Shown: positions 9,847 through 19,229 of the stretch, in pieces
How positions within the stretch are numbered: position 1 is the stretch's first letter
Layout of the letters: each line of letters opens with the position of its first letter
Source: an uncultured archaeon
GTDB taxonomy: Archaea; Asgardarchaeota; Jordiarchaeia; Jordiarchaeales; Jordiarchaeaceae
Assembly (NCBI GenBank): GCA_964510585.1
Contig: CAZECW010000188.1
Span: forward strand, 1 to 32,000
DNA length: 32,000 nucleotides
Direction of reading: 5' to 3'
Position numbers and translations under genes: made by a program
Notes under the pieces: generated by a model
The model's input: only the letters and a program-made list of their open reading frames with translations
Database searches by the model: none
Told to the model about the DNA's origin: nothing

Positions 9847-10165
9847 GTTTTTGTTATCTTAATATTTTCTGTAGTATAATTACAAAATTCTTAAATAAAA
9901 GGTTTTTGGAAGCCAAAATTGTTAATATCAAAAGGAAATACGCCTATAACTGAATTTTTGGCTATATTCCGGAGGCCTACACTATGTTTATCGAGCCTAT
10001 CCATCTATTGGTGTCTTCCGCAGCACTTTTCCGGATTAGATAAGATTTGTTATTCTTTCTTACTTTTTCTACTATTTGCACCCTCGCAGTTAGTTTAGTT
10101 ACCTTAATAGGAGAGGATACTGAATGTAAAAATCTTTGGAATATTGAAGGAGAGTTGTTCTTTTT

Positions 10166-10651
10166 TTATACTTTTTTGGATAGGACTACGTATTTCTCCG
10201 TGAATCCCATTCTTTGGTATAGTTTCTCTGCGGGTTTCACGCCCCTCCTTAGATTAATTAGTGCTTCTTTGCCTCCCTTTTCACGTATAAAATCAATGGC
10301 CTTTTGCAGGAGAAGCTCTCCTAAGGATATTTCTGACTTTGGGAATCTGGCGGGTCCGATAATTACGGTGTTTCTTTCCTCAGGGGTAATGTATACGTTT
10401 TTTATAAGGCCTGATTTACCTTTGACCTCCACGAAAACCATGCCTACTGGGATGTCTCCTCTCCTTGCTATAAACCCCGCACAATTCTCGGGTTCAAGGA
10501 TGTATTTTTCGAAGGTGCTTTGCCAGCGTTCTTCGTCAAATTTTGTTTCCATGAATTCACATAGGCAAAGCATTAGCTTTGTAGCGTCATCATAATCGTA
10601 CTCTGTTACCCGTTGTATTTCAATTGGAATTTCTTCAGTTGTTGACTTCAT
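10166..10651 (-). CDS. GNAT family N-acetyltransferase-like protein
   Basis: FIARRGDIPVGMV, IKNVYITPEER, LGELLLQKAI, AEKLYQRMGF. Confidence 0.8.
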   Translation of the reverse strand: MKSTTEEIPIEIQRVTEYDYDDATKLMLCLCEFMETKFDEERWQSTFEKYILEPENCAGFIARRGDIPVGMVFVEVKGKSGLIKNVYITPEERNTVIIGPARFPKSEISLGELLLQKAIDFIREKGGKEALINLRRGVKPAEKLYQRMGFTEKYVVLSKKV

Positions 10652-10972
10652 TCCTTTTTGCCTCCCTAAAAATTTTCAGTTAAAGACTTTTTGAGGGAGA
10701 AAAATGTTATTATTATATCTATTAATAATATATTATTTATTAAAAAACTTTGCTGTCCTAAAAAATTCGAATTATAATAATTCATCTTAAAAAGGGTATT
10801 AGAAAAAGCTCGTTAAAACACCTGGTAATAGTATTATTTCGTTCAAAATGTTCCTCGAAACGGCCCCCAGAAAACCAATAGAGTTGAAGTATTAGTCCAT
10901 TTTCGTGCTTTTTTTTGAATATTTTTAATCTTTTTTTTCCTAAAAGTGAAAATTTTTTTCTAAAAAAATCCG

Positions 10973-11002
10973 TTATTGGTACCAATAAGTAAAGTATATA
11001 TA
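10973..11002 (+). promoter_or_regulatory. hdr operon promoter: 16-bp perfect palindrome, BRE-like spacer, TATA box
   Basis: TTATTGGTACCAATAA at 10973-10988, GTAAAG, TATATATA at 10995-11002, GGAGG SD, then TTG at 11071. Confidence 0.6.
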
Positions 11003-11070
11003 GAAAATATAACTAATTTATTTTATCAAGTCCGTTCATTGTCTAGTTCTCAAAGGAGGAAAAAGGGCAA

Positions 11071-11568
11071 TTGAAGACGGAAATAACAAGTATCTCAAAG
11101 GAACTCCTACAGAAGTCGATAGACGCTGAGAAACTAAGGTACTGTTACGGGTGTGGTACTTGTACAGCCAGTTGCCCTGTGGCAAAGGTGATCCCTGAGA
11201 GCTTTAACCCGAGGGGGCTGCTTCAGAAAATTTTCTTTGACTTGAGCAAAACATTAGCTGAAGATGAACTTTGGCTGTGCGCTTGGTGCTACTCATGTTA
11301 TGAAAGATGCCCTCAGGGAATAAAAACTACAGAAATTTTTCTCTTAACCAGAAACCTAGCCGTTGAGAAGGGATACTTTCCCAAGCAGCCCACCAACTTA
11401 GTAAAGCAGATTTTGAAGTCTGGACGGACACTGGAGGTGACACCGGCTCGGGATAGGAAACGAGAGGCTCTCGGACTGCCGAAGATTGGGGAAACTGTTT
11501 CAGAGAAGGCGTTGAGAGAAATTAAAATTATAACTGAGAAAAGTCCAACCTGGAGGGTAAGGGGGTGA
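11071..11568 (+). CDS. hdrC: Heterodisulfide reductase subunit C-like (copy 1)
   Basis: CYGCGTCTASCP and LWLCAWCYSCYERCPQG. Confidence 0.9.
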   Translation: MKTEITSISKELLQKSIDAEKLRYCYGCGTCTASCPVAKVIPESFNPRGLLQKIFFDLSKTLAEDELWLCAWCYSCYERCPQGIKTTEIFLLTRNLAVEKGYFPKQPTNLVKQILKSGRTLEVTPARDRKREALGLPKIGETVSEKALREIKIITEKSPTWRVRG

Positions 11569-12455
11569 ATCTGGAATATTCGCTTTTTCCAGGATGTGTG
11601 TCTTCTGCCCGAGAATTTAGCTGCGAAATTTCTGCTCGGAAGGTTTTTGAAGTTTTAAATGTGGAACTCTACGATGTGGAGGATTTTACTTGTTGCATGC
11701 CTGCCTGTTTGGTACATTCCTTTGATTATGCTACTGGACTTGCACTAACTTCAAGAAATCTCTGTGTTGCCGACGAGTTTGATAGAGATATTTTGACACT
11801 TTGCGTTAGCTGTTATGGTAATCTTTGGAGAGCCAAAAAACTCATGTCTGAAAATGGAGACCTTAGACGTAGGGTGGATGAGCTCTTAGCTAGCATAGGT
11901 AGATCTTACCAAGGCAAAGTGGGCATTAAACATTCAATCACTGCCCTATACGAAGACATAGGTCCTAAAAACCTAAAAAACCAGGTTTCTAAACCCCTTA
12001 GGGGAATCAAAGCCGCTCCTTTTTATGGTTGCCATCTTATTCGGCCTAGAGAATACTTGTTCTTTGATGATGCAGAGTTCCCCGAAAAGCTTGATGAGCT
12101 TATCAATGTTACGGGGGCTACCAGCGTCCTGCATAGGGAGAGGACAGGATGTTGCATAGGTTGTGGGAGCTTTTTTGGTGAGGTGGCGGAGGAAGCCGCC
12201 CTAAGATTAAGTGTAGATATTCTAGAGAGCGCGCTGGAGGCTAAGGCGGATTGTGTGGTTGTGACGTGCCCTTACTGTTTTCTCCAGATTGAGATGGGTC
12301 AGCTTCTTTTTAAGAGGAGGACGGGAGAATCATACAATGTACCTGTGCTTAATTACACAGATTTGTTGGGGTTAGCGCTGGGGATTGAACCCCGAGAACT
12401 GGGAATGAATATCCATAAAATAGATCCATCTCCGCTTCTTGAAAAGATTAAGTAA
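11565..12455 (+). CDS. hdrB: Heterodisulfide reductase subunit B-like (copy 1)
   Basis: Two CCG domains: FPGC / TCC / CVSC and YGCH / GCC / CPYC. Confidence 0.9.
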   Translation: MNLEYSLFPGCVSSAREFSCEISARKVFEVLNVELYDVEDFTCCMPACLVHSFDYATGLALTSRNLCVADEFDRDILTLCVSCYGNLWRAKKLMSENGDLRRRVDELLASIGRSYQGKVGIKHSITALYEDIGPKNLKNQVSKPLRGIKAAPFYGCHLIRPREYLFFDDAEFPEKLDELINVTGATSVLHRERTGCCIGCGSFFGEVAEEAALRLSVDILESALEAKADCVVVTCPYCFLQIEMGQLLFKRRTGESYNVPVLNYTDLLGLALGIEPRELGMNIHKIDPSPLLEKIK

Positions 12456-12471
12456 ATTGGGAAGAGGGAGA

Positions 12472-13812
12472 GTGATTCGTCTGGAAAAAGTTAGCTCGGT
12501 TACTGTCATTGGTGGTGGAGTTGCTGGAATACAGGCAGCATTAGAACTGGCGAATTTAGGAATGCTTGTTTATTTGGTTGAGGAAAATCCCAGTATCGGG
12601 GGGCGGATTATTGAACTTAACTGTTCTTCCTGCCGCCTTGAAGTTCCTATGGATTGTTCCATCTGTCCTGTTATACCTAAAATAGTTGAGTGCTACCACC
12701 ATCCAAATATTAAGATTCTTACAAACGCCGAAATTATGGGTATTTCTGGTTCTGCTGGAAACTTCCAGATAAATGTTTTAAAAAAGCCACGTTTCATTAA
12801 TGAAGACAAATGCACTGCGTGCGGTGCCTGTACCGAAAAGTGCCCAGTTGAGATTTTTGATGCATTTAATATGGTTAAAGGAAGGAAGAAGGCTATCCAC
12901 TTTCCCCTCCCTCAAGCATTTCCTCAGGTTCCAGTTATTGATAGAGAGAATTGCTTGCATTTTAGGAGTGGAACCTGCGAAAAATGTTCAGAGGTCTGCC
13001 CTACTACGGCAATAAATTTCAATGATGAAGATATGATAATTGGAGTTAAAAGTGAAGCTATAATTCTTGCTACGGGGCTTTCTCTTTTTGATCCAAGCGG
13101 AATAAGGGAATATGGGTACAAGAGATACAAGAATGTCATCACCATTCTTGACCTTGAACAAATGACTAGTATACACGGCCCCACGGGAGGTAAAATTGTT
13201 AGGATTTCAGACAAAAAAGAGCCAAAAAGTATAGCCTTCATTCAATGCGTGGGGTCAAGAAGCAGAAGGACAAATAACAATTTCTGCTCTGGAGTATGTT
13301 GCATGTACACTGCTAAGGACGCTGCCCTAGTAAAAATTTTAAAACCGGAAACAGAAGTGTATGTTTTCTACATTGATCTCCGAGTCTTTGGGAAAGGTTA
13401 CCAAGAACTTTTCAACAAAGTTAGAAACAGTCTAGGTGTGAAATATATTAGGGGCCGTCCAGGGGGAATATGGGAAGACCCGAAAACAAGGGACCTTATT
13501 ATTAGTTTTGAAAACACGCTCACCCAGAGGGTGGAGAAGTTGAGGGTGGATATGGTGGTTTTATCTCCTGCCTTACTGCCTCATCCTAATAATAGGAAAC
13601 TGGCTGAATTTTTAGGCCTGGAACTAGATGAACATGGTTTCTTTAAAAGTCCAAATCCAGTGTCGCAACCTTTTGACACCACCATAAAAGGCGTTTTTAC
13701 CTGTGGTTACTGTAGGGGACCCAGAGGAATATCTGAATCTGCCACTCAAGCTAGTGCCGCCGCGGGAAGGGTTACTGAAACCATTACTTTAGCAAAAATG
13801 GGGAGAAATTAA
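12472..13812 (+). CDS. hdrA: HdrA-like flavoprotein, N-type half (FAD plus inserted 2x[4Fe-4S])
   Basis: VIGGGVAG, CTACGACTEKCP, CEKCSEVCP, QCVGSR, CSGVCCMYTAK. No N-terminal domain or C-terminal ferredoxin. Start uncertain (TTG 12439 or GTG 12472). Confidence 0.88.
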   Translation: MIRLEKVSSVTVIGGGVAGIQAALELANLGMLVYLVEENPSIGGRIIELNCSSCRLEVPMDCSICPVIPKIVECYHHPNIKILTNAEIMGISGSAGNFQINVLKKPRFINEDKCTACGACTEKCPVEIFDAFNMVKGRKKAIHFPLPQAFPQVPVIDRENCLHFRSGTCEKCSEVCPTTAINFNDEDMIIGVKSEAIILATGLSLFDPSGIREYGYKRYKNVITILDLEQMTSIHGPTGGKIVRISDKKEPKSIAFIQCVGSRSRRTNNNFCSGVCCMYTAKDAALVKILKPETEVYVFYIDLRVFGKGYQELFNKVRNSLGVKYIRGRPGGIWEDPKTRDLIISFENTLTQRVEKLRVDMVVLSPALLPHPNNRKLAEFLGLELDEHGFFKSPNPVSQPFDTTIKGVFTCGYCRGPRGISESATQASAAAGRVTETITLAKMGRN

Positions 13813-13814
13813 GC

Positions 13815-15509
13815 ATGAGTGAAGCTAACCTGAACCAAGAGCCGAGAATTGGAATATTCCTATGCGATTGCGGAACAAATATCAGTAGCATCATTGATGT
13901 TCCTCAAGTCATTGAAGCTTCAAAAGGGATATCTGGGGTTAAATTTGTGGAGAGAGATAGCTCACTCTGCTCCAGCGCTGGAACAAAAAAGATAAGGGAA
14001 ACTATAGAGAGGAGCGGCGTAGACCGAGTTGTCTTCGCAGGTTGCTCACCCAAAAACTATGGTTCACTTTTCGAATCTGTTTGTCAAAAAGCAGGGATAA
14101 ACAGGTATCTTGTTGCCTTTGCAAACATCAGGGAGCAGTGCGCCTGGGCACATCAGGACAGGCCAAAGGAAGCCACCATAAAGGCTATTAATACTGTGCA
14201 AATGGCCGCGGCGAGACTTCAAAAATCGGAGCCCCTGCAAGAATTGGAAATAGAGGTACACCCCTCCACACTGATTATTGGAGGTGGCATATCGGGGATG
14301 ACCGCAGCCCTCTGCTTAGCCAATCAGGGCTTCAGCGTACTATTAGTGGAGAGGGAGCCCGACATTGGTGGCATGTTAAACAAACTTTATAAATTGTATC
14401 TTACCAATCAGGAAGTTTCAGAAATTCTGAATCCAGTTATCCAGTCGGTGAGAAACCATAAAAACATCAGAATCCTCACATCGGCATCTGTAAGGGAGGT
14501 AGAAGGATACTTCGGTGACTTTGAAGTTACAATTTCTGTTAATGGGGGAACCGAAAAATTTAGGGCGGGAACCATAATTCTGGCAACTGGAGCAGGGACA
14601 TTTGAACCATTTGGAATGTACGGTTATGGGAAACATGAGGGAGTTGTTACCCAGCTTGAATTGGAGCAAATTCTAAAACAAGGGAAGCTGAAACATTTAG
14701 AAAAAGTGGTTATGATACAATGCGTGGGAGCCCGGGAAGAAAAGGGATTAACCTACTGTTCCCGAATATGCTGTATGGTTGCAATTAAAAACGCCACTCT
14801 GATAAAGAAATTGTATCCCGACTGTGAGGTTTACATCATTTACCGCGATCTGCAAACCTACGGTAAGGAGAACGAGGAGTACCAGTCAAAGGCAAGAGAG
14901 CTGGGAATAAGATTTATAGAATATACTCCGGAGCGCCGCCCAGAAGTATTCCCCAACGGAAATGGAAAAGTAGGGGTGAGAGTTTATCACGCTTTGTTGG
15001 GAGAAACCTTAACCATTAATAGTGATTTGGTTGTCCTATCCACTCCGCTCATCCCCAACGCGGATGGAAAAGAAATTGCAAAAATTCTCAAAGTCCCTTT
15101 GGGCCCCGATGGCTTCTTCAAAGAAGCTTATATGGAAATGCGATCAACAGCCTTCGGTGTTAATGGCATCTATGTCTGTGGAACTGCCCAGGGACCCAAA
15201 AGTATTGATGAGAGTATAACCCAAGCATACGCCGCAGCCGCTCTAGCAGCAATCCCCATGCAACAGAAAAAAGTGAAGATACCAGCCATGACCGCTGAGG
15301 TTAATGAAGAGTTATGCATTGGATGCCAACTCTGCCTGGATCTTTGCCCAGTCCACGCCATCACCTTTGCGGAAGGAAAATCCATGGTAATAGAAGCCAT
15401 ATGCCGAGGTTGCGGTACATGCGCCGCTGCTTGTCCCTCCAAAGCAATAGCCGTGAAGGGCTTCAAGGATGAACAGATACTTGCGGAGGTGGAGGCAGCC
15501 CTTAAATAA
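13815..15509 (+). CDS. hdrA: HdrA-like flavoprotein, C-type half (N-domain, FAD, C-terminal ferredoxin)
   Basis: FLCDCG, LCS, AGCSP, REQCAW, IIGGGISG, CSRICC, CIGCQLCLDLCP, CRGCGTCAAACP. No inserted ferredoxin. Confidence 0.88.
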   Translation: MSEANLNQEPRIGIFLCDCGTNISSIIDVPQVIEASKGISGVKFVERDSSLCSSAGTKKIRETIERSGVDRVVFAGCSPKNYGSLFESVCQKAGINRYLVAFANIREQCAWAHQDRPKEATIKAINTVQMAAARLQKSEPLQELEIEVHPSTLIIGGGISGMTAALCLANQGFSVLLVEREPDIGGMLNKLYKLYLTNQEVSEILNPVIQSVRNHKNIRILTSASVREVEGYFGDFEVTISVNGGTEKFRAGTIILATGAGTFEPFGMYGYGKHEGVVTQLELEQILKQGKLKHLEKVVMIQCVGAREEKGLTYCSRICCMVAIKNATLIKKLYPDCEVYIIYRDLQTYGKENEEYQSKARELGIRFIEYTPERRPEVFPNGNGKVGVRVYHALLGETLTINSDLVVLSTPLIPNADGKEIAKILKVPLGPDGFFKEAYMEMRSTAFGVNGIYVCGTAQGPKSIDESITQAYAAAALAAIPMQQKKVKIPAMTAEVNEELCIGCQLCLDLCPVHAITFAEGKSMVIEAICRGCGTCAAACPSKAIAVKGFKDEQILAEVEAALK

Positions 15510-15532
15510 GGATTAAGAAGAGGTTAGCAAAA

Positions 15533-15961
15533 ATGGAGGAAGGAGAGGAAACAAGGAAGTTTGAGCCCAAAATATTAGCTTTTACCTGCAATTGGAGCAG
15601 TTACTCCAGTGCTGACCAGGCGGGAATAAGCAGAACATTTTATCCGCCCAATGTTCAGATAATTAGAGTTATGTGTGCTGGTCGAGTGGATCCACTATTT
15701 GTGGTGAAGGCTTTCTTAAATGGGGCTGATGGGGTGATCATTGCTGGATGCCACCCTAACTATTGTCGATATAGTGGGGGAAATAGACAAGCAGAAATCA
15801 GAGTCAAATTTTTGAAAATGCTCATGGAAGAGATTGGTGTTGACCCGGCGCGGCTGCGGATAGAATGGATATCTGCTATGGAGGGTGGAAGATTCGCACA
15901 GGTAGTTCAGGAAATGGTTGGAGAACTTAAAAAGATGGGACCATTACTTTTAAGAAAATAA
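15533..15961 (+). CDS. mvhD: MvhD/FlpD-like [2Fe-2S] subunit (copy 1)
   Basis: FTCNWSSY, RVMCAGRVDP, GCHPNYC, RLRIEWISA. Confidence 0.9.
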   Translation: MEEGEETRKFEPKILAFTCNWSSYSSADQAGISRTFYPPNVQIIRVMCAGRVDPLFVVKAFLNGADGVIIAGCHPNYCRYSGGNRQAEIRVKFLKMLMEEIGVDPARLRIEWISAMEGGRFAQVVQEMVGELKKMGPLLLRK

Positions 15962-15976
15962 TGGGAGGTAGACTGC

Positions 15977-17278
15977 TTGGATGGGAAAGAGGGTGTTCTA
16001 ATAATAGGTGGAGGCATAGCGGGAATCCAGGCCGCACTAGATGTAGCCGATCAGGGAGTAAAAGCCTATGTAGTTGAAAGTACGCCCAGTGTGGGTGGAC
16101 ATATGGCTATGTTGGATAAGACTTTCCCCACACTTGACTGCTCAGCTTGTATCCTCACTCCAAAAATGGTGGATGTGGGCAGGCATCCCAATGTTGAGCT
16201 TCTAACTTATTCCGAGGTAAGAAAAGTTAAGAGGGAGGGTAGAGGTTTTGAAGTAGAGATTGTGAAGAAGCCGAGATACGTTGACATATCCAAGTGTACG
16301 GGGTGCGGGGTGTGTGCTAGATACTGCCCAGTAGAAGTTTCTGACGATTTCAATGCAGGAATGGATGTTCGGAAGGCGATTTATGTGCCTTTCCCCCAGG
16401 CAGTTCCACTAAAATACACTATAGATGAAGAGCATTGTATTAGGTGTGAGCTCTGTAAAAGGATATGTGAATCCATAGGGGCTGGAGCGGTAAACTTTGA
16501 TCAGGTGGCTGAGGAGGTTAACCTCAATGTGGGGGCGATTATTATTGCGACTGGCTATAAACCTTTTGACGTTAGACAAAAGAAGGCGTATGGCTACGGA
16601 AAATATCCGAACGTTTTAACGGCCTTGGAGCTTGAGAGATTACTCTCCGCCGCCGGACCAACTGCTGGACATATTTTGAGACGCTCAGATGGCTGTATAC
16701 CTAAGAGGGTTGCTTTTGTTCAGTGTGTAGGTTCAAGAGACTCACACCACGGCTATCCATACTGCTCCAGAGTCTGTTGCATGTATGCCATAAAGGACAG
16801 TATACTGCTAAAAGAGCATATACCTGATGTTGATGTTACCATCTTTTACATGGATATTAGAACCTATGGTAAAGGCTTTGAAGAACTATATCAGAGGGCG
16901 AAGGAGGAGTTCAAGGTTCGATTCAGGCGGGGAAGGGTGGCAAGAATTTACGAGATTCCTGAAACCCACAACCTGGTAGTGAGGGTTGAAGACACTGAGA
17001 CCGGAGAGATTTTACAGGAAGAATTTGAAATGGTGGTTCTTTCTGTGGGTTTAGCACCAGCAGACGGAATAGCAGAGCTGAGCAAAATTCTGGAAGTGCC
17101 TCTGGACGAGTATGGTTACATAGAGGGAGCAGATGCAAAGATTGATACTGTTTCAACAAAAGTTCCGGGTGTTTTTGTAGCGGGAACAGCTTTGAGTCCC
17201 AAGGATGTCCCAGATAGTGTATCTGAAGCCAGCGCGGCGGCTATGAAGGCGGTAACGTTCCTGAGAGGGAGGAAGTAG
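15977..17278 (+). CDS. hdrA: HdrA-like flavoprotein, N-type half
   Basis: [52 protein letters not shown] start after GGAGGT. Confidence 0.9.
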   Translation: MDGKEGVLIIGGGIAGIQAALDVADQGVKAYVVESTPSVGGHMAMLDKTFPTLDCSACILTPKMVDVGRHPNVELLTYSEVRKVKREGRGFEVEIVKKPRYVDISKCTGCGVCARYCPVEVSDDFNAGMDVRKAIYVPFPQAVPLKYTIDEEHCIRCELCKRICESIGAGAVNFDQVAEEVNLNVGAIIIATGYKPFDVRQKKAYGYGKYPNVLTALELERLLSAAGPTAGHILRRSDGCIPKRVAFVQCVGSRDSHHGYPYCSRVCCMYAIKDSILLKEHIPDVDVTIFYMDIRTYGKGFEELYQRAKEEFKVRFRRGRVARIYEIPETHNLVVRVEDTETGEILQEEFEMVVLSVGLAPADGIAELSKILEVPLDEYGYIEGADAKIDTVSTKVPGVFVAGTALSPKDVPDSVSEASAAAMKAVTFLRGRK

Positions 17279-17279
17279 T

Positions 17280-19229
17280 ATGGAGGAAGAATTACGTGTT
17301 GGGTGTTACATTTGCCATTGTGGACTTAACATTGCAGGAGTAATTGATGTGGAAAAGGTGGCGGAAGCCACGGGAAAACTTCCGAACGTAGTGATTGCGA
17401 GGCACTACGTTTACATGTGTTCGGAGCCCGGTCAGGAACTAATAAAAAAGGATATCAAAGACTACAATTTGAACAGGGTTGTAGTGGCTTCCTGCTCTCC
17501 CCAAATGCATGAATCCACATTCCGCTCCGTTGTGGAGGAGGCTGGTTTAAACCGGTATCTTTTCGAAATGGCTAATCTTCGAGAGCAATGTTCATGGGCC
17601 CATGCAAATAATCCCGTGAAGGCCACTGAGAAGGCGAAGGACATATTGAGAATGGCTGTTGCTAAGGTTCGCCTGCTTCAACCCTTAGAGAAGAGGGAGG
17701 TTCAGGTTAAACCCGCAACTCTGATTGTGGGTGGAGGAATAACTGGAATCCAAGCAGCTTTGGAATTGGCTAATAGGGGATTTTCCACTTATCTTGTTGA
17801 GAAGTTACCTTACCTTGGGGGAAGAGTGGCTCAGTTAAACAGGGTAATTTTAACCAATGAGAGAGCCTCAGAAATTTTAAAACCAATGTTAAACGCTTTA
17901 ACAGGGAATCCGAACATTGAAGTGTTCACCAACACCGAAATTGAGGAAATAGGTGGCTACATTGGCAACTTTGAAATAAAGCTGAAGATAGGACCCCGTT
18001 TCGTTAACCAGAAATGCAACTTGTGCGGGAAATGCCTGGAGGTGTGCCCCGTAGAGGTACCAGACGAATTTAACTTTGGATTAAACAACAGAAAGGCCAT
18101 ATATATTCCCCACAGTGACTCTGTGCCCAGAATTCCTACTATTGATGGGGCTAACTGTACACGCTGTGGGGAGTGCATCAAGGTCTGCGAGCAAAATGCT
18201 ATTTCTTTGGACAGCGAACCACAAAACAAAAACATTTCGGTGGGAACAATTATTCTCGCCACCGGCTATGATCCCTATTTGCCCCAAGGCGAGTATGGCT
18301 TTGGAGAGTATGAAGATGTAATAACTCAGTTCCAACTGGAAAGAATGCTCAGCAACAATGGTCCCACCAATGGGCGGTTAGTAAAACCTTCCAATGGAAA
18401 GGTGCCTAGAAACGTAGTTTTTATTCTGTGTGTGGGTTCCAGAAATCCCCATAGGCAATATTGCTCCAGAGTTTGCTGCTCTGTGGCATTAAAAAACGCT
18501 ATGCTCATCAAAAAAGAGTATCCTGAAACGCAGGTCTCCATTCTTTACCGAGATATCAGAAGCTTTGGTAAAGGACAGGAAGAACTTTATGGAGAGGCGC
18601 GACTAGCGGGCATAAACTTTTTCAGGTATTCACCAGATAACCCCCCAAAGGTTTCCAGACTAGATAACTCGCAGATTCAGGTGGAGGTCTATGAATCCAT
18701 ACTGGGAATGAACATTGAGATTCCCGCGGATCTCCTAATTCTTGCTGAGGCTATGACTCCCCGAAAGGACTCCGCGGAGTTAGGTTCAAAAGTGGGGGTC
18801 ACGCGTACACCAGATGGCTTTTTCCGTGAGGCGCACCCTAAGCTCAAGCCCCTCGACACAAATTCTGAAGGAATATACCTTGCTGGCGCCGCCCAGTTCC
18901 CCAAAGATATCACCGAGTGTATAGTTCAAACATGCGGGGCAGCTGCGAGGGCCTCAATTCCTATGTCTAAGGGTAAAGTGGACGTGGAGCCCATAGTAGC
19001 CTCGGTGAACGAAGATCTTTGTATCGAGTGCGGAACCTGCCAGAGTATATGTCCTTATGGAGCAATAAAGAAGGGTGAGAATGGAAAAGCGCAAGTCACA
19101 GAGATTTTATGTAAGGGTTGTGGTTCCTGCGCCGCAAGCTGCCCAGCAAGGGCCATTACAATATTTCATTTTACAGATGAGCAAATCCTAGCTCAATCAC
19201 TCGCCGCATTAGGGAGGGGAGAACCATGA
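17280..19229 (+). CDS. hdrA: HdrA-like flavoprotein, C-type half that retains the inserted ferredoxin
   Basis: ICHCG, MCS, SCSP, REQCSW, VGGGITG, CNLCGKCLEVCP, CTRCGEC, CSRVCC, CIECGTCQSICP, CKGCGSCAASCP. Lacks the TxDCxxC motif. Confidence 0.9.
   Translation: MEEELRVGCYICHCGLNIAGVIDVEKVAEATGKLPNVVIARHYVYMCSEPGQELIKKDIKDYNLNRVVVASCSPQMHESTFRSVVEEAGLNRYLFEMANLREQCSWAHANNPVKATEKAKDILRMAVAKVRLLQPLEKREVQVKPATLIVGGGITGIQAALELANRGFSTYLVEKLPYLGGRVAQLNRVILTNERASEILKPMLNALTGNPNIEVFTNTEIEEIGGYIGNFEIKLKIGPRFVNQKCNLCGKCLEVCPVEVPDEFNFGLNNRKAIYIPHSDSVPRIPTIDGANCTRCGECIKVCEQNAISLDSEPQNKNISVGTIILATGYDPYLPQGEYGFGEYEDVITQFQLERMLSNNGPTNGRLVKPSNGKVPRNVVFILCVGSRNPHRQYCSRVCCSVALKNAMLIKKEYPETQVSILYRDIRSFGKGQEELYGEARLAGINFFRYSPDNPPKVSRLDNSQIQVEVYESILGMNIEIPADLLILAEAMTPRKDSAELGSKVGVTRTPDGFFREAHPKLKPLDTNSEGIYLAGAAQFPKDITECIVQTCGAAARASIPMSKGKVDVEPIVASVNEDLCIECGTCQSICPYGAIKKGENGKAQVTEILCKGCGSCAASCPARAITIFHFTDEQILAQSLAALGRGEP

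Noticed and set aside
10724-10737. 14-bp palindrome AATAATATATTATT
   Set aside because: AT-only low complexity in a promoter region.
13810-17282. HdrA splits as frameshifts or pseudogenes
   Set aside because: Both occur at the same domain boundary, and each downstream half has its own ATG and an intact domain set.
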